DNA of 64,000 bases from Deltaproteobacteria bacterium RIFCSPHIGHO2_02_FULL_40_28 (GTDB lineage: Bacteria > UBA10199 > 2-12-FULL-40-28). Each line of letters starts with the position of its first letter. Position 1 is the stretch's first letter. A program made the translations under genes and the position numbers. The stretch is from assembly GCA_001798135.1 (NCBI GenBank), contig MGRJ01000024.1:152514-216513 (forward strand), in the 5' to 3' direction. Positions 16,662-25,957 of this stretch are shown one piece after another. The notes beneath the pieces are model-generated. The model searched no databases. It worked only from the letters and a program-made list of their open reading frames with translations, and was not told the origin of the DNA.

Positions 16662-19355
16662 CTACACCTTGCTGTTTTTACGTAACCACGGAAGATGAGC
16701 CATCATAGGAACTACATACAAGGCCGAAATAAGGCAGGTGATGCTTCCTAATACCATAATTTTACCATAACTAGCCAAGCCCACATGACGTACAAAAGCT
16801 AATGCTCCAAAGCCAACCAAGGTAGTCAGTGTTGCTAAAATAATTCCAGGTGCCACCTTTACTAAGGCTTTATCAATATTTTTTGTTTCCTGATAACGAG
16901 CTACAAGATGCACTCCCGTATCTACCCCTAAGCCAATTAAGATGGGCATTGCAAAAAAGTTAGCAAGATTAAAATCGAGACCTAGAAAAACCATCAGCAC
17001 CAAGAGCCAGTAAATCCCAAAAATGAGGGGTGAGCTTGCTAAAAAGCAAAGTTGCACCGATCGAAATTCGAAATACATCAGAGCAAAAACTAAAATTAAG
17101 GTGATGATTCCAACAAGAAGAAATCCCTTCTTTAAAAGTCTAGAAGATTCAAAAACTTCTATGGGTGTGCCTGTTACAAGAGGGTTTACACTTCTTAATT
17201 CCAAGACAAATTGATTTAAATCTGTTGGATTCCAAATATTTTTTTCAGGAAAAATTAATAGAGCTAATCTACCATCTTTACCTATTAAGCGATGTTTTAA
17301 AGTTTGAGGAAGATCTTCTTGTTTTAAAGCAGGGGGATTAAGATTTGATTTGATAAGTTCTATGAACTCTGTTGTTTTTTTCAAAAAGACTTCTCCAGCT
17401 AAATTAATATTTTGAATAGTGTTTTCTTTTGGGTTTTCAAGAAGGTTTTGCAAATCGTGTGTTTTTTGAATTAAACTTTCAATTTGTTCTATCGATTCTG
17501 TTTTGCCTGCTTGAAAGGCCTTGTTTGAAATTAAATTTAAAGAAATCTCTAATTGATGAAGTGTTTCTTTTAATTTTTCTGGTTCTAATGGTTTGCTAAG
17601 GGGGGTGATGGGATTAAGGTCTAAAAATTGATCCAATGAATGAAGAAGGGTTCTTTTTTCGTTTTCATCTGGGGGAACAAATTGACTCACAGCTAAAATA
17701 CGTCCTACTGAAGAAAGTTTTTTAATTTTTTCTACTAATGCTGCCTGGGTTTTTAAATCTTCTGTCAGCATAACAGCATACCAAGTTGCTTGATCAGATT
17801 CTTGGATGATTTTTTGTTCATAACGTACGGATTCAAGAGTAGGATCTTGTAGTTTTAAAATATTGTGGTTGATTTTAATTTTAAGGGCCCAAGGAATACC
17901 TAAAAGAGTAATCAGAAGAGCAATAATTAAAAGTCGTGGATGATAACGAAGACTCTTGCGAATAATTTTTTGGGTAGATGTTACCAAGTCGATTCGTTCT
18001 GGATTTTTTCGTTCTTTTAAAAGAACCATAGAAGGAAGAATAAGAATTTGTGAGAGAAAACAAAAAAGTATTCCACACCCTGCAATAAAGCCTAATTCTT
18101 GAATACCTAAAAAATCAGTAAACAGAGCAGAAAAAAATGAAGCTGCTGTTGTAAGGGCCCCTGTCATAATGGCTCCACAAGAAGTGAGAATGGTTTTTTC
18201 CATGGCTTTATCAGGTGACATGCCTGATGTTTTTTCTTGTTGGTATCGAAACAAGAGATGAAGCCCATAATCTATACCTAAGCCGATCAAAATAACGGCA
18301 AAGACAATGGAAAGAAGATTAAGATGTCCTAGAGCTAAACCCGTAAATCCATAGGTCCAAGAAATCCCACACAAAAGGCATATCAAGGCATAGAAGGGAT
18401 AGGTGTATTTTTTAAAAAAAAGAGGGAATAAAAGAGCAACTCCCAAAAAAGAGATGATTCCAGCCCATATAGAATCGGTGCCTGTTGAAAGCGCTTGATC
18501 AAGTTGTAAAACGGGGAGCCCAGTAATTCCAATAGGAATATGAGGATAAGATTTTTTTACACTGTCAATTGAGTCTCTTAAAAAAGCAATAGGTTCTTTG
18601 ATAAAATTGAGCCGTGTAAAATCCTTTTGGGGGAGTAAGGCTAAAAAGAGAAGTTTTCCATTGGATGAAAACAAATAACCATCAGAATCAAAATAAAAAT
18701 CATGTTTGAGGCTATTGCCTGCCCAATTTAATTTTTTTTCTAATTGGGTTGGTTGATCTAACCCATTTAAAATAGTTTCTAAAATTTCAAAACCTTCTTT
18801 TAAATGATGGTTTGAGGTTGCTAGTTCTTCTAAGGGTTGATCCAAAGTTTTTGTTAAGAAATTTAGGAAATCATCCAAAGATGTAAGAGAGGCAAGAGAA
18901 GTAAGCCATTCTTTTTGTTCACTTAACTGGCTTAAGGTATTACTCAAATCTTCTTTTTGGAGGCTTAAAAAAAACCGGCGACTTAAAATAGTAAAGTTGT
19001 CTTTATAGTACAGAGCTTTGAAAAGATTTTCTTTTGTTTCTAGTTTTTTGACCAGGGCATTAAGTGCTTCTTTGGCTTCGTGTTGGCCATTTTCCCCGCT
19101 TTCGAAGACCACATACACATATTCTTGATCCCCAAAGTTTTCGAGGTAATCGAGGTATCTTTTGTGATATTCCTTTTTTGCGGAAACAAGACTATTTTCA
19201 TCAGTATCAAAGCGGACTGTTGCAGAGCCTATCAGCAAGGCCGCCATGGCTATGATAAAGGAGATGACAACTACCTTTTTAGTATGGCAGAGAACCAGAT
19301 GAACAATGAGTTTAAGGAATTTGTTTTTAAAACGCTTCATGACCAAAACTAACAA
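16662..19355 (-). CDS. MMPL/RND-superfamily exporter (two 6-TM bundles with large periplasmic loops)
   Basis: 897-aa ORF with duplicated MMPL architecture and hydrophobic blocks at about residues 280-440 and 740-880. Confidence 0.75.
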   Translation of the reverse strand: MLVLVMKRFKNKFLKLIVHLVLCHTKKVVVISFIIAMAALLIGSATVRFDTDENSLVSAKKEYHKRYLDYLENFGDQEYVYVVFESGENGQHEAKEALNALVKKLETKENLFKALYYKDNFTILSRRFFLSLQKEDLSNTLSQLSEQKEWLTSLASLTSLDDFLNFLTKTLDQPLEELATSNHHLKEGFEILETILNGLDQPTQLEKKLNWAGNSLKHDFYFDSDGYLFSSNGKLLFLALLPQKDFTRLNFIKEPIAFLRDSIDSVKKSYPHIPIGITGLPVLQLDQALSTGTDSIWAGIISFLGVALLFPLFFKKYTYPFYALICLLCGISWTYGFTGLALGHLNLLSIVFAVILIGLGIDYGLHLLFRYQQEKTSGMSPDKAMEKTILTSCGAIMTGALTTAASFFSALFTDFLGIQELGFIAGCGILFCFLSQILILPSMVLLKERKNPERIDLVTSTQKIIRKSLRYHPRLLIIALLITLLGIPWALKIKINHNILKLQDPTLESVRYEQKIIQESDQATWYAVMLTEDLKTQAALVEKIKKLSSVGRILAVSQFVPPDENEKRTLLHSLDQFLDLNPITPLSKPLEPEKLKETLHQLEISLNLISNKAFQAGKTESIEQIESLIQKTHDLQNLLENPKENTIQNINLAGEVFLKKTTEFIELIKSNLNPPALKQEDLPQTLKHRLIGKDGRLALLIFPEKNIWNPTDLNQFVLELRSVNPLVTGTPIEVFESSRLLKKGFLLVGIITLILVFALMYFEFRSVQLCFLASSPLIFGIYWLLVLMVFLGLDFNLANFFAMPILIGLGVDTGVHLVARYQETKNIDKALVKVAPGIILATLTTLVGFGALAFVRHVGLASYGKIMVLGSITCLISALYVVPMMAHLPWLRKNSKV

Positions 19356-19361
19356 AAATTT

Positions 19362-20753
19362 ATGACGAGCTCAAGTGACAATCGATTAGGAGAACTTCTG
19401 TATAAGTATGATGTTTTTGCTCCCAGATATACCAGTTATCCAACTGTGCCTGCTTGGACAGGGGAGGTTTCTTCTCAAGATTATAGAGAAGCCTTATTAA
19501 AGTGCTCTTCACAAGATCCCTTCTCACTTTATTTCCATCTCCCATTTTGTGAAAACCTATGCCACTTTTGTGGTTGTACTCAAGTGATTACCAAAGATCA
19601 TGAACGCTCCAAGTCTTATACCGAAGTTTTAAAGGCCGAATTAAAAAAAGTAAGAAGTTTGCTTCCAAAGAAATTAGGGTCTGTAACCCAAATTCATTTT
19701 GGTGGGGGCACTCCCAATTTTTTTCATCCTATGGAGATCTCCACTCTTTTGCAATTAGTAAGAAATTTATTTGATGTAGAAAGTGATGCCGAATTAGCTA
19801 TTGAAATTCATCCCAAAACTTCTTTGACTTCATTTAACCAAATGTTGGCTAGTCAAGGTTTTAATCGTATTTCTCTTGGCATTCAAGATTTAGATCCCAA
19901 GGTGCAATCTTTGATTAACCGTAATCAAAATTTTGAAATAACAAAACTTTGCATGGATGAACTTAGATCTAATGGGTTGTCTCATTTTAATCTCGATTTA
20001 GTCTATGGGCTTCCTGGTCAAAATGAGCAAGGGTGGGAAAAAACCCTTGCTCAGGTTTTACAATTATCTCCTAATCGATTAGCTGTTTATAGTTATGCCC
20101 ATGTTCCTTGGGTGAGACCCGTTCAAAGAAAGTTTTTAGATTCGGATCTTCCTAGCCCACAGTTGAAAGTTCATTTTTTCGAAATGGCTTATAAAACCTT
20201 TTTAGATGCTGGTTTTAGCCTGATTGGGATGGATCATTTTGCAAGAGGAGATGATGAATTAACCTTAGCCTTAAAAACAGAGGGCATTCATCGTAATTTT
20301 ATGGGCTATTCAACACGGAGTGATGCTCATCAAATTGGCTTTGGCATGAGTGCTATTTCGTATGTTAATGGAGGCTATTTTCAAAATCAAAAAGAACTTA
20401 AAAAGTATACAGAAATGATCAATCGTGATGAATTAGCTACTTTCAGAGGGCATATTTTAAAGAATGATGATTTTTTGAGAAAAGATGTTATTACACACAT
20501 GATGTGTCAGGGGAGCATCAATTATGATGCATTTAATGAAAAATGGGGAAAGCATTTTCATGATGTTTTTCCGGAGGCCATCTCCCAGCTTAACTCTTTC
20601 GAAAAAGATGGTCTTGTTTCTATTGATAATCATGGTTTTAGGGTAGTGGGAGAGGGGTTTCTTTTTTTAAGAAATATAGCCACTCTTTTTGATGCTTACT
20701 TAGAAAATATCAGAAAAGGTGCTACAAATCCTACTTTTTCCAGGACAATTTAA
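19362..20753 (+). CDS. hemN: oxygen-independent coproporphyrinogen III oxidase (radical SAM)
   Basis: YFHLPFCENLCHFCGC (CxxxCxxC) and HFGGGTPNF, at the length of E. coli HemN. Confidence 0.85.
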   Translation: MTSSSDNRLGELLYKYDVFAPRYTSYPTVPAWTGEVSSQDYREALLKCSSQDPFSLYFHLPFCENLCHFCGCTQVITKDHERSKSYTEVLKAELKKVRSLLPKKLGSVTQIHFGGGTPNFFHPMEISTLLQLVRNLFDVESDAELAIEIHPKTSLTSFNQMLASQGFNRISLGIQDLDPKVQSLINRNQNFEITKLCMDELRSNGLSHFNLDLVYGLPGQNEQGWEKTLAQVLQLSPNRLAVYSYAHVPWVRPVQRKFLDSDLPSPQLKVHFFEMAYKTFLDAGFSLIGMDHFARGDDELTLALKTEGIHRNFMGYSTRSDAHQIGFGMSAISYVNGGYFQNQKELKKYTEMINRDELATFRGHILKNDDFLRKDVITHMMCQGSINYDAFNEKWGKHFHDVFPEAISQLNSFEKDGLVSIDNHGFRVVGEGFLFLRNIATLFDAYLENIRKGATNPTFSRTI

Positions 20754-21191
20754 ATGCTCTATTTTTACTTAAAAGCCTTTCATCTCATTTTTTTAGTCGC
20801 TTGGTTTGCAGGTCTTTTCTATATTTTCAGGCTCTTTGTATACCATGTGCAAAAAAAAGATGAACCAATACTGCGCTCAACATTTGAAATAATGGAAGCG
20901 AAGCTGATAAAAATAATTATGACCCCGGCCATGATATTAACTACTATTTTTGGATTTTCCATGGCCTTTTTAAATCCAAGTTATTTTGTACAAGGTTGGT
21001 TTCGATGGAAGTTATTATTTATTTTGTGTTTAGTGGTCTATCATTTTTACGCAGATTTTGTGCGAAAACGTTTTGCGAGATTAGATTTTTTCTTAACTGA
21101 AAAAGCTTGTCGTTTTATCAATGAGATTCCTACTGTGCTTCTGATTATTATTGTTCTCCTGGTTGTTATCAAACCAAAAATAACTCCATGA
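20754..21191 (+). CDS. hemJ: protoporphyrinogen IX oxidase, HemJ family (4-TM)
   Basis: 145-aa, four TM segments, conserved N-terminus YLKAFHLIFLVAWFAGLFYIFRLFVYH. Sits between hemN and hemH. Confidence 0.7.
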   Translation: MLYFYLKAFHLIFLVAWFAGLFYIFRLFVYHVQKKDEPILRSTFEIMEAKLIKIIMTPAMILTTIFGFSMAFLNPSYFVQGWFRWKLLFILCLVVYHFYADFVRKRFARLDFFLTEKACRFINEIPTVLLIIIVLLVVIKPKITP

Positions 21192-22135
21192 TAGGTGTTT
21201 TACTCATTAATTTAGGCACTCCCGATAAGCCCGATAAAAACGCGGTTGGGCATTATTTAAAAGAATTTCTAACAGACCCATTTGTTATCCAGATTCCATC
21301 TTTTTTTCGTTATCTTTTAGTAAGAGGTTTAATTGTTCCTTTTCGAAAGAAAAAATCAGTTTTAGCTTATCAAAAAATATGGACTAGCAGAGGATCTCCT
21401 CTTTTAGTTCATACCCAAGATTTGGCTTCAAGATTGGGTGAAGAGTTAGGAAAAGATTTTATTGTCAAATTTGGGATGCGTTATGGTTCTTTTTCTATTC
21501 CAGAGGCTCTTCATAGTTTTCCTCAAGAAATAAAAAAACTAATTGTTGTTCCTCTTTATCCACAACATGCAGTTTCAAGCACGCAAACTGCTATCAATGA
21601 AGTTTTAAAATGGTTGAAATCACATTTGGTGCAATGGGAAATAAAATGGATGAAACCTTTTTATGAGCATCCTCTTTTTCTCGAAAGTTTTGCACAGGTT
21701 GTTAATTTACCTCTAAAAGAATTTGCTCCAGAGGTTGTTTTGATGAGTTTTCATGGTTTGCCGGTAAGCCATATTCGAAAAGAAATTCCAGAAAATAATT
21801 ATGCTGATCATTGTTATAAAACTTCAAGAGCCCTGGCTTCTCGGTTAAATATTTCTTCTTATGAAGTTAGTTTTCAATCACGTTTGGGTATAAAATGGTT
21901 AAGACCAAGAACAGATGAAATTATTTTTAAATTTTTAAACGAAAATAAAAGGAGGTTGGCAGTTATTTGTCCTTCTTTTGTTTGTGATTGTTTAGAAACC
22001 TTAGAAGAAATTGGGATAAGATTAAAAGCACAGTTTCTTTGTGAAGGGGGTAAAGATTTTTTGTTGTTGCCTTGTTTAAATGCTTCACCTGTGTGGGTCA
22101 AAAACTTGGCCCTGATGATTAAAGAATTAGTTTAA
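21188..22135 (+). CDS. hemH: ferrochelatase
   Basis: GVLLINLGTPD N-terminus, SFHGLPVS, and a C-terminal Cys-containing block. Confidence 0.85.
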   Translation: MIGVLLINLGTPDKPDKNAVGHYLKEFLTDPFVIQIPSFFRYLLVRGLIVPFRKKKSVLAYQKIWTSRGSPLLVHTQDLASRLGEELGKDFIVKFGMRYGSFSIPEALHSFPQEIKKLIVVPLYPQHAVSSTQTAINEVLKWLKSHLVQWEIKWMKPFYEHPLFLESFAQVVNLPLKEFAPEVVLMSFHGLPVSHIRKEIPENNYADHCYKTSRALASRLNISSYEVSFQSRLGIKWLRPRTDEIIFKFLNENKRRLAVICPSFVCDCLETLEEIGIRLKAQFLCEGGKDFLLLPCLNASPVWVKNLALMIKELV

Positions 22136-23998
22136 GTTTTTTACTGACCACTCATGGATAAAATCTACCAAGCGCATGACATGGTTAACCGGAGTATGAG
22201 GTTTAATGCCGTGCCCCAGATTAAAAATATAGCCTTTTCTTTTTCCAAAAACTTGAAGAATTTTTTCCGTTTCCTTTAAAAAAATGGATGGTTTTTCAAA
22301 AAGGAGATCGGGATTTAAATTTCCTTGGATGCCTTTATTTTCAGGAATGATTTGAACAGCCATCCTGGGGTCTATGCTAGAATGCAGGCTGATAATGTTT
22401 CCGCCACCTTGAATTTGTTCAGAAAGAAGATTTGGTCCAAAACTTCCAAAATGAATAGCAGGAATGTTTGACGGAATGAGGGAAAAAAGTTTTTGCGTAT
22501 AAGGGAGTGCAAAAGCTTGATATGTTTGAGGTGATAGTTGGGATGCCCAGCTATCAAAAACCTGTACAATCTCACAGCCAGCTTTTATTTGAAAAAGGAG
22601 TAAGCTAGCCAGGTTGTTTGTGAGCTGCTCCATGAGTTCATGCCAGGCCTTTGGATAGGTTTGCATGAAATGTTTTGTTTTTTTAAAATCTTTTGTGCTT
22701 CCTCCTTCAATGATGTAAGAAGCCATGGTGAAGGGAGCACCACAAAAACCAATGAGTGGAATGCGTGCAGGAAGATTTTTTTTTACTCCTTGAATGGCTT
22801 TTTTGAGGAAGGGCAAAGATTGATCCATTGATACAGGTTTAAGATTTTTAAGATCATCTGGACTTTGAATGGGATTATCAATAGCAGGGCCTTCTGGGTA
22901 ATGTAATTTAAATCCCATGGGTTCTAAGACAAGCAAAATGTCTGAAAAGATAATTGCAGCATCAACTCCTAGTCTTTCTACGGCTCCAAGAGTAGCTTCA
23001 ATACAAAGATCGGCATCTTTACAAAAAGACAGAAAATTTTGAGGAGCACGAACCAACTGGTACTCAGTCATGTAACGTCCTGCCTGACGCATGAACCACA
23101 CAGGAATAATGGGTGTTGGTTTTAACAAACTGGTCAATCTCATGAAAGAAGGTGAGGTTTGATTAAAAAGTTTTTTCTTTTGTTTTTCATCCAAAATTTT
23201 TGGTCCTTTTTGGGAAACTATTTCAACCAAATCTTCCATTTTATTAGGAAAGCTTTCAATGTCAGGAAAAATTTGTTTTTCAGCAAGCCTTTCGCTTGTA
23301 ACGGGGCCAATCGAAGCGATCACACTGTGATAGAGCCCTTTTCTAAGAGGTAATTCTTTTTTCATCTGTTGTGCAATTTGCAGCATGTGATCAACTTGGA
23401 TAGCGCTTGTAAAAAGAACAAAATCCACCTTTTGTTGAATGATTTGTTCAATGACCTCACGGGCTGGTTTTAAATCGTCGGGTAAACTCCAACGATAGAC
23501 GGAAAGGGTATGAATGTGAGCACCAAGTGTGGTTAGAGCCAAAATGAGTTGTTCATTGGGAGTGCCATATTCGATAATAAGTATTTTTTTAGAATGAATT
23601 GAAAAGTGGTCTTGAATGGAACTTAAAATTTCTTTCCAGGTATTGGGTTCTGGGGCTTTCAAGACAATAGGAATTTTATTAAGATTACAAACTGTGGCAG
23701 GTTTGGGGCCACGAACAATAATTTTTTGTTGGGATAAAATTTCAATAATTTTTTCTTTTGGAATGTGTGTTGAAAGAGTTTCAATAAAAGTTCTAGTGCC
23801 AACTCCAGTGAGAAGTATAATGTAATCAAAAACATCAGAAGAAATTTGAGAAAAAACTTCAAAGGCTTTTTTATTTTCAGTGAGAGGAATTTCTTTTAAA
23901 ACAGAAGCTACAAGAGGGATGGCCTGATGCTTCTCAATGAGTTTTTTCATTTTAAGGCCAAGTCTGGCCTCAAAGGCTGCTACTTTTTTTTGCTTCAT
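22127..23998 (-). CDS. bifunctional uroporphyrinogen-III synthase / uroporphyrinogen decarboxylase (HemD-HemE fusion)
   Basis: The N-terminal half carries HemD motifs (ILLTGVGTRTF, VDFVLFTSAIQVDHML). The C-terminal half is HemE (PVWFMRQAGRYM, FSDILLV). Start taken at ATG 23996-23998 (MKQKKVAAFEARLG); the longer ORF to 24196 would overlap the divergent ABC gene. Confidence 0.8.
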   Translation of the reverse strand: MKQKKVAAFEARLGLKMKKLIEKHQAIPLVASVLKEIPLTENKKAFEVFSQISSDVFDYIILLTGVGTRTFIETLSTHIPKEKIIEILSQQKIIVRGPKPATVCNLNKIPIVLKAPEPNTWKEILSSIQDHFSIHSKKILIIEYGTPNEQLILALTTLGAHIHTLSVYRWSLPDDLKPAREVIEQIIQQKVDFVLFTSAIQVDHMLQIAQQMKKELPLRKGLYHSVIASIGPVTSERLAEKQIFPDIESFPNKMEDLVEIVSQKGPKILDEKQKKKLFNQTSPSFMRLTSLLKPTPIIPVWFMRQAGRYMTEYQLVRAPQNFLSFCKDADLCIEATLGAVERLGVDAAIIFSDILLVLEPMGFKLHYPEGPAIDNPIQSPDDLKNLKPVSMDQSLPFLKKAIQGVKKNLPARIPLIGFCGAPFTMASYIIEGGSTKDFKKTKHFMQTYPKAWHELMEQLTNNLASLLLFQIKAGCEIVQVFDSWASQLSPQTYQAFALPYTQKLFSLIPSNIPAIHFGSFGPNLLSEQIQGGGNIISLHSSIDPRMAVQIIPENKGIQGNLNPDLLFEKPSIFLKETEKILQVFGKRKGYIFNLGHGIKPHTPVNHVMRLVDFIHEWSVKNLN

Positions 23999-24056
23999 AA
24001 AAATATGACCCGCTTTAGGGTTGACTATAGTGAAAAGAGGTTTTATTTCAAGTGGA

Positions 24057-24785
24057 ATGGAATTTCTTTTAGAGGCTATTGGGTTATCTAAAAAATATGG
24101 GGATGTATTGGCTTTAAGTGATCTTTCTCTCAATGTTTCTCGTGGTGAAATTGTAGGGCTTTTGGGCCCTAATGGAGCTGGCAAAACAACAGCCATTCAT
24201 ATCTTCATGGGGCTTTTAACTCCCACTCATGGTTCTGTGAGTGTTTTAGGATTTTCTCCCACAACCCAAAGACATAAAATGGCAGGTCAAATTAACTTTT
24301 CATCGGCCTACACTCAACTTCCTGGCAATTTAAAGGTTATAGAAAATTTAAATATCTATGCTGGTATTTATAATGTGTCTAAGGTTCAAGAAAAAATAGA
24401 ATGGGTTTTAGAAATTTTTTCTATGCACCACTTACGCACGCGTTTAACTGGCGCTCTTTCTTCTGGAGAAAAAACACGTCTTAATCTTTGTAAATGCTTT
24501 TTAAACGAACCAAAACTTGTTTTTTTAGATGAACCTACAGCAAGCCTAGATCCTGAAATGGCCGATGTAGTACGTGGAGTTTTAAAGAAGATAAATCAAG
24601 AGAAGGATATTGGAATGATTTTTACTTCACATAATATGCTAGAAGTAGAACAAATGTGTGATCGTATTTTTTTTATCAATGAAGGCAAGGTTTTAACTGC
24701 AGGAACGCATGATGAAATTGTTAACCAATATGGTTGCACAGCCTTGGAAGATGTTTTTATTAAGTTAGTAAGAGAAAAAAGATGA
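24057..24785 (+). CDS. ABC transporter ATP-binding protein
   Basis: Walker A GPNGAGKTT, signature LSSGEKTRL, Walker B LVFLDEPTASLD. Confidence 0.8.
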   Translation: MEFLLEAIGLSKKYGDVLALSDLSLNVSRGEIVGLLGPNGAGKTTAIHIFMGLLTPTHGSVSVLGFSPTTQRHKMAGQINFSSAYTQLPGNLKVIENLNIYAGIYNVSKVQEKIEWVLEIFSMHHLRTRLTGALSSGEKTRLNLCKCFLNEPKLVFLDEPTASLDPEMADVVRGVLKKINQEKDIGMIFTSHNMLEVEQMCDRIFFINEGKVLTAGTHDEIVNQYGCTALEDVFIKLVREKR

Positions 24786-25585
24786 TTCATTCTATTCAAA
24801 GAATCAAGGTTATGTTTTTGAGATATTTTTATCTCCATCGTCGTAGTGTTTCACGAACTTTAGAATTATTTTTTTGGCCCGTTATGGAACTTTTAGTATG
24901 GGGCTTTATGAGCATTTATATCCAAACAATTGCGGGGCCTGTTTATAAGGGTTTTGGTTATATTATTAATGGCATGATTTTTTGGGATGTTCTTTACCGA
25001 AGCCAGCAGGGAGTAACTCTTTCTATTGTTGAAGATATTTGGTCTCAAAATATTGTTAACCTTCTTATTTCTCCTTTAAAGCTCTGGGAATGGATGGTGG
25101 CTACTTTTCTTTATGGTGTTTTAAAAACGATGGCCATCACGACTATTTTAGCCATTCTTGCCCTACTGTTATATCATTTTAATCTTGTGGGAAGCATGGG
25201 ACTAAAATTGGTTCCATTCATGGGGAGTCTGCTGCTTTTTGGATGGGGTTTAGGAGTGTTAACTTCAGGACTTTTAATTCGCTGGGGAAATGCTGTGCAA
25301 GCCTTGATCTGGGGGATTCCTTTTTTAATCCAACCTTTTTCGGCCATTTATTATCCTTTGTCTATTTTACCAGAATGGGCTCAATTTTTTTCTCGGCTTA
25401 TTCCTAGCACTTTTATTTTTGAGGGTGTGAGATCAGTTTTAGACAGTGGTCAAATAAACTGGGGTGGATTTTGGATTTCAATTATTTTTAATATGATATT
25501 TTTTATTTTTGCGTCGATGTTTTTTTACTGGATGTATTTTTTGTCTCGTATTTCTGGTCGTTTGGGTCGATTAGGAATGGATTAG
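24782..25585 (+). CDS. ABC-2 type transporter permease
   Basis: Six-TM hydrophobic protein translationally coupled to the ATPase (4-nt overlap). Confidence 0.65.
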   Translation: MIHSIQRIKVMFLRYFYLHRRSVSRTLELFFWPVMELLVWGFMSIYIQTIAGPVYKGFGYIINGMIFWDVLYRSQQGVTLSIVEDIWSQNIVNLLISPLKLWEWMVATFLYGVLKTMAITTILAILALLLYHFNLVGSMGLKLVPFMGSLLLFGWGLGVLTSGLLIRWGNAVQALIWGIPFLIQPFSAIYYPLSILPEWAQFFSRLIPSTFIFEGVRSVLDSGQINWGGFWISIIFNMIFFIFASMFFYWMYFLSRISGRLGRLGMD

Positions 25586-25957
25586 ATTTTTTTGGATCAA
25601 AGATGAAATAAGTTTAAGCATTATTTTATCTTGGCCAATAGGTTTGATTATTTTAATTTTAATTTGAGGCCTTGTTTTTTGCCATGATTTTAAAATTTGA
25701 GGAATATGAAAGGTAATATGCTTACCTGCTCCCAAAAAATAAGGAATAACTAACACTTCAGTTACTCTTTTTTTCTCAAGAAATTCCATTCCACTTGTAA
25801 TGCTTGGTTTGCCGCATTCTAAAAATGCAGCTGTTATCAGGATGGGTTTTACAATTCTTTTGATTTGCCCAACTAGTTTTAAAAAATCAGAGTTAAATTG
25901 TTTAACTTGAGATCCATGGGCAATAATCAAGCTGCCTTTTTTTATTTTATTTATCAT
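25571..25957 (-). CDS. cbiX: CbiX/SirB-type small sirohydrochlorin chelatase
   Basis: 128 aa with IIAHGS and IPYFLGAGKHITFHIP motifs typical of CbiX (small). Confidence 0.6.
   Translation of the reverse strand: MINKIKKGSLIIAHGSQVKQFNSDFLKLVGQIKRIVKPILITAAFLECGKPSITSGMEFLEKKRVTEVLVIPYFLGAGKHITFHIPQILKSWQKTRPQIKIKIIKPIGQDKIMLKLISSLIQKNLIHS

Noticed and set aside
23999-24196. Longer N-terminal extension (MAVVLPAPLG...) of the hemD-hemE ORF
   Set aside because: It would overlap the divergent ABC ATPase gene by ~170 bp. The ATG at 23998 gives a sensible HemD N-terminus (MKQKKVAAFEARLG).
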